A stretch of 24,857 bases of DNA from IMG/VR virus record IMGVR_UViG_3300046005_000527, positions 1 through 24,857 of that record; one strand, written 5' to 3'. Source of the DNA: a virus. Lineage: Duplodnaviria > Caudoviricetes. The position numbers and the translations under genes are program-made. How positions within the stretch are numbered: position 1 is the first letter of the stretch; each line of letters opens with the position of its first letter. Below the pieces are notes generated by a model, which was not told where the DNA came from, did no database searches, and saw only the letters and a list, made by a program, of their open reading frames with translations. Positions 23,738-24,857 of this stretch are shown piece after piece.

Positions 23738-24592
23738 ATGAACGTAAAATCATTAAGCAGTAGTGCAATGCTGGTATCTTTGTCCATATCATTGTGGACA
23801 GCTCGTAAGTTAGATAAAAAAGTGTCTAACGATGTAGACATCAGCAACTCAACCATGACTAAGGCTGGTAACTACCACAAAAACTTACTAGCAGGTGACG
23901 ACTCACTGGCAAGTATACAGAAGTTAGCAGGGCTTATTAGAACCTACCACATGACACAAACCAGCCCTTGGAATGACAACGGGGATCGATTACTGACCAC
24001 CTCACAGTTCTTTGATTACAAGAAAGAGATGGCACGTCTCGAGAAGCAGTATTGGGATTTGGTTAAAGACTTCGTTGCAGGCTATGGCACAAGGATAAGT
24101 GCGGCTGCTTTTCAATTAGGTAGTTTGTTTGATAGAGATGAGTACCCTGATGTAGATCAGGTTATCAGTAAGTTTGGCTTTAAGGTCAACTATGCACCAC
24201 TACCTGAGTCTGGGGACTGGAGGGTAGACATTAATAACGAGGGTCTTAATGACCTCAAGGACTCATACGATAAGTTATACGAGTCTAACCTAGAAAAGAT
24301 TAGTGTAGACAACTACGACCGCTTGTTTAAAATACTAACCAAACTTAGCTTTGGACTACGCACTAACGAGGACGGTACTAAGGGTAAGATATACGAGTCT
24401 GTCCTTGATAATGCTAAGGAGTTGTGCAGTCTATTGACACACTTCAACGTCAAGAATGATACGCAGTTGGAAGCTATGCGTATCCAGTTAGAGGACAATA
24501 TCACAGGTATTGATGTTAAGGATATTAAAGATTCGGATTACGTTAGGGTTACACTCAAGCGTGAAGTAGACTCAATTTTAGATAAGTTTTAA
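23738..24592 (+). CDS. Conserved helical phage protein (DUF3150-like), 284 aa
   Basis: AGGAG RBS. Motifs AMLV.L.IS.WTARKLDK, T.PW...G.RLL and LG.LF...EYP. Family label is from memory and not verified. Confidence 0.65.
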   Translation: MNVKSLSSSAMLVSLSISLWTARKLDKKVSNDVDISNSTMTKAGNYHKNLLAGDDSLASIQKLAGLIRTYHMTQTSPWNDNGDRLLTTSQFFDYKKEMARLEKQYWDLVKDFVAGYGTRISAAAFQLGSLFDRDEYPDVDQVISKFGFKVNYAPLPESGDWRVDINNEGLNDLKDSYDKLYESNLEKISVDNYDRLFKILTKLSFGLRTNEDGTKGKIYESVLDNAKELCSLLTHFNVKNDTQLEAMRIQLEDNITGIDVKDIKDSDYVRVTLKREVDSILDKF

Positions 24593-24601
24593 GGAGCAGT
24601 C

Positions 24602-24857
24602 ATGGGTTATCGTAGCGATGTGGCGTATGCAATACGCTTTAAAAACAAAGAACACCGTATTAGGTTTATGGCGGCTCAAGCAATCGACCCTTTAATTAAG
24701 CTGGAGGAGTTTAAGTTAGTAGGTGATGACGTAGTGCTACTACACTTTGAGGATGTTAAGTGGTATTCAGACTATGAGGATGTTAAGTGTCATGAACGGT
24801 TACTTGAGGAGGCTAAAGAACAAGACTGTGGTTGGGAATTCTGTAGAGTAGGTGAGG
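24602..24857 (+). CDS. Conserved hypothetical phage protein, truncated at the right edge
   Basis: AAGGAG RBS. MGYRSDVAYAI...DVKWYSDYEDV...EFCRVGE, open to the window end. Confidence 0.7.
   Translation, partial: MGYRSDVAYAIRFKNKEHRIRFMAAQAIDPLIKLEEFKLVGDDVVLLHFEDVKWYSDYEDVKCHERLLEEAKEQDCGWEFCRVGE

Overview
This window is a segment of a tailed dsDNA bacteriophage (Caudoviricetes) genome with two divergent arms. The minus strand (1-17305) is a tightly packed morphogenesis module. In transcription order it holds: probable small terminase, large terminase, long P22-like portal, small coiled-coil protein, GroES-like co-chaperonin, scaffold, two capsid-associated proteins, major capsid protein, an inserted free-standing GIY-YIG endonuclease, decoration/fibre proteins, several small basic Gly-Gly-motif proteins, two head-tail adaptor-like proteins and the start of a tail-fibre-like gene. 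The plus strand (17625-24857) is an early/accessory arm driven by near-consensus sigma70 promoters. It encodes an Ala/Glu/Lys-rich protein, a ribbon-helix-helix protein, a degenerate HNH protein, an intact HNH-AP2-type endonuclease and several hypothetical proteins. The most unusual signals are non-coding: (i) a candidate doubly pseudoknotted RNA leader ending at an RBS (8047-8120, minus strand); (ii) a ~130-bp imperfect inverted repeat around an AT-rich core (19033-19541, origin-like); (iii) an 18-bp palindrome repeated four times, plus a second palindrome bracketing the first early gene; (iv) a duplicated promoter-leader module; and (v) a candidate three-way-junction RNA ahead of the HNH gene. 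I found no CRISPR array, tRNA, integrase or reverse transcriptase. All family assignments come from recognising motifs by eye, not from database searches.
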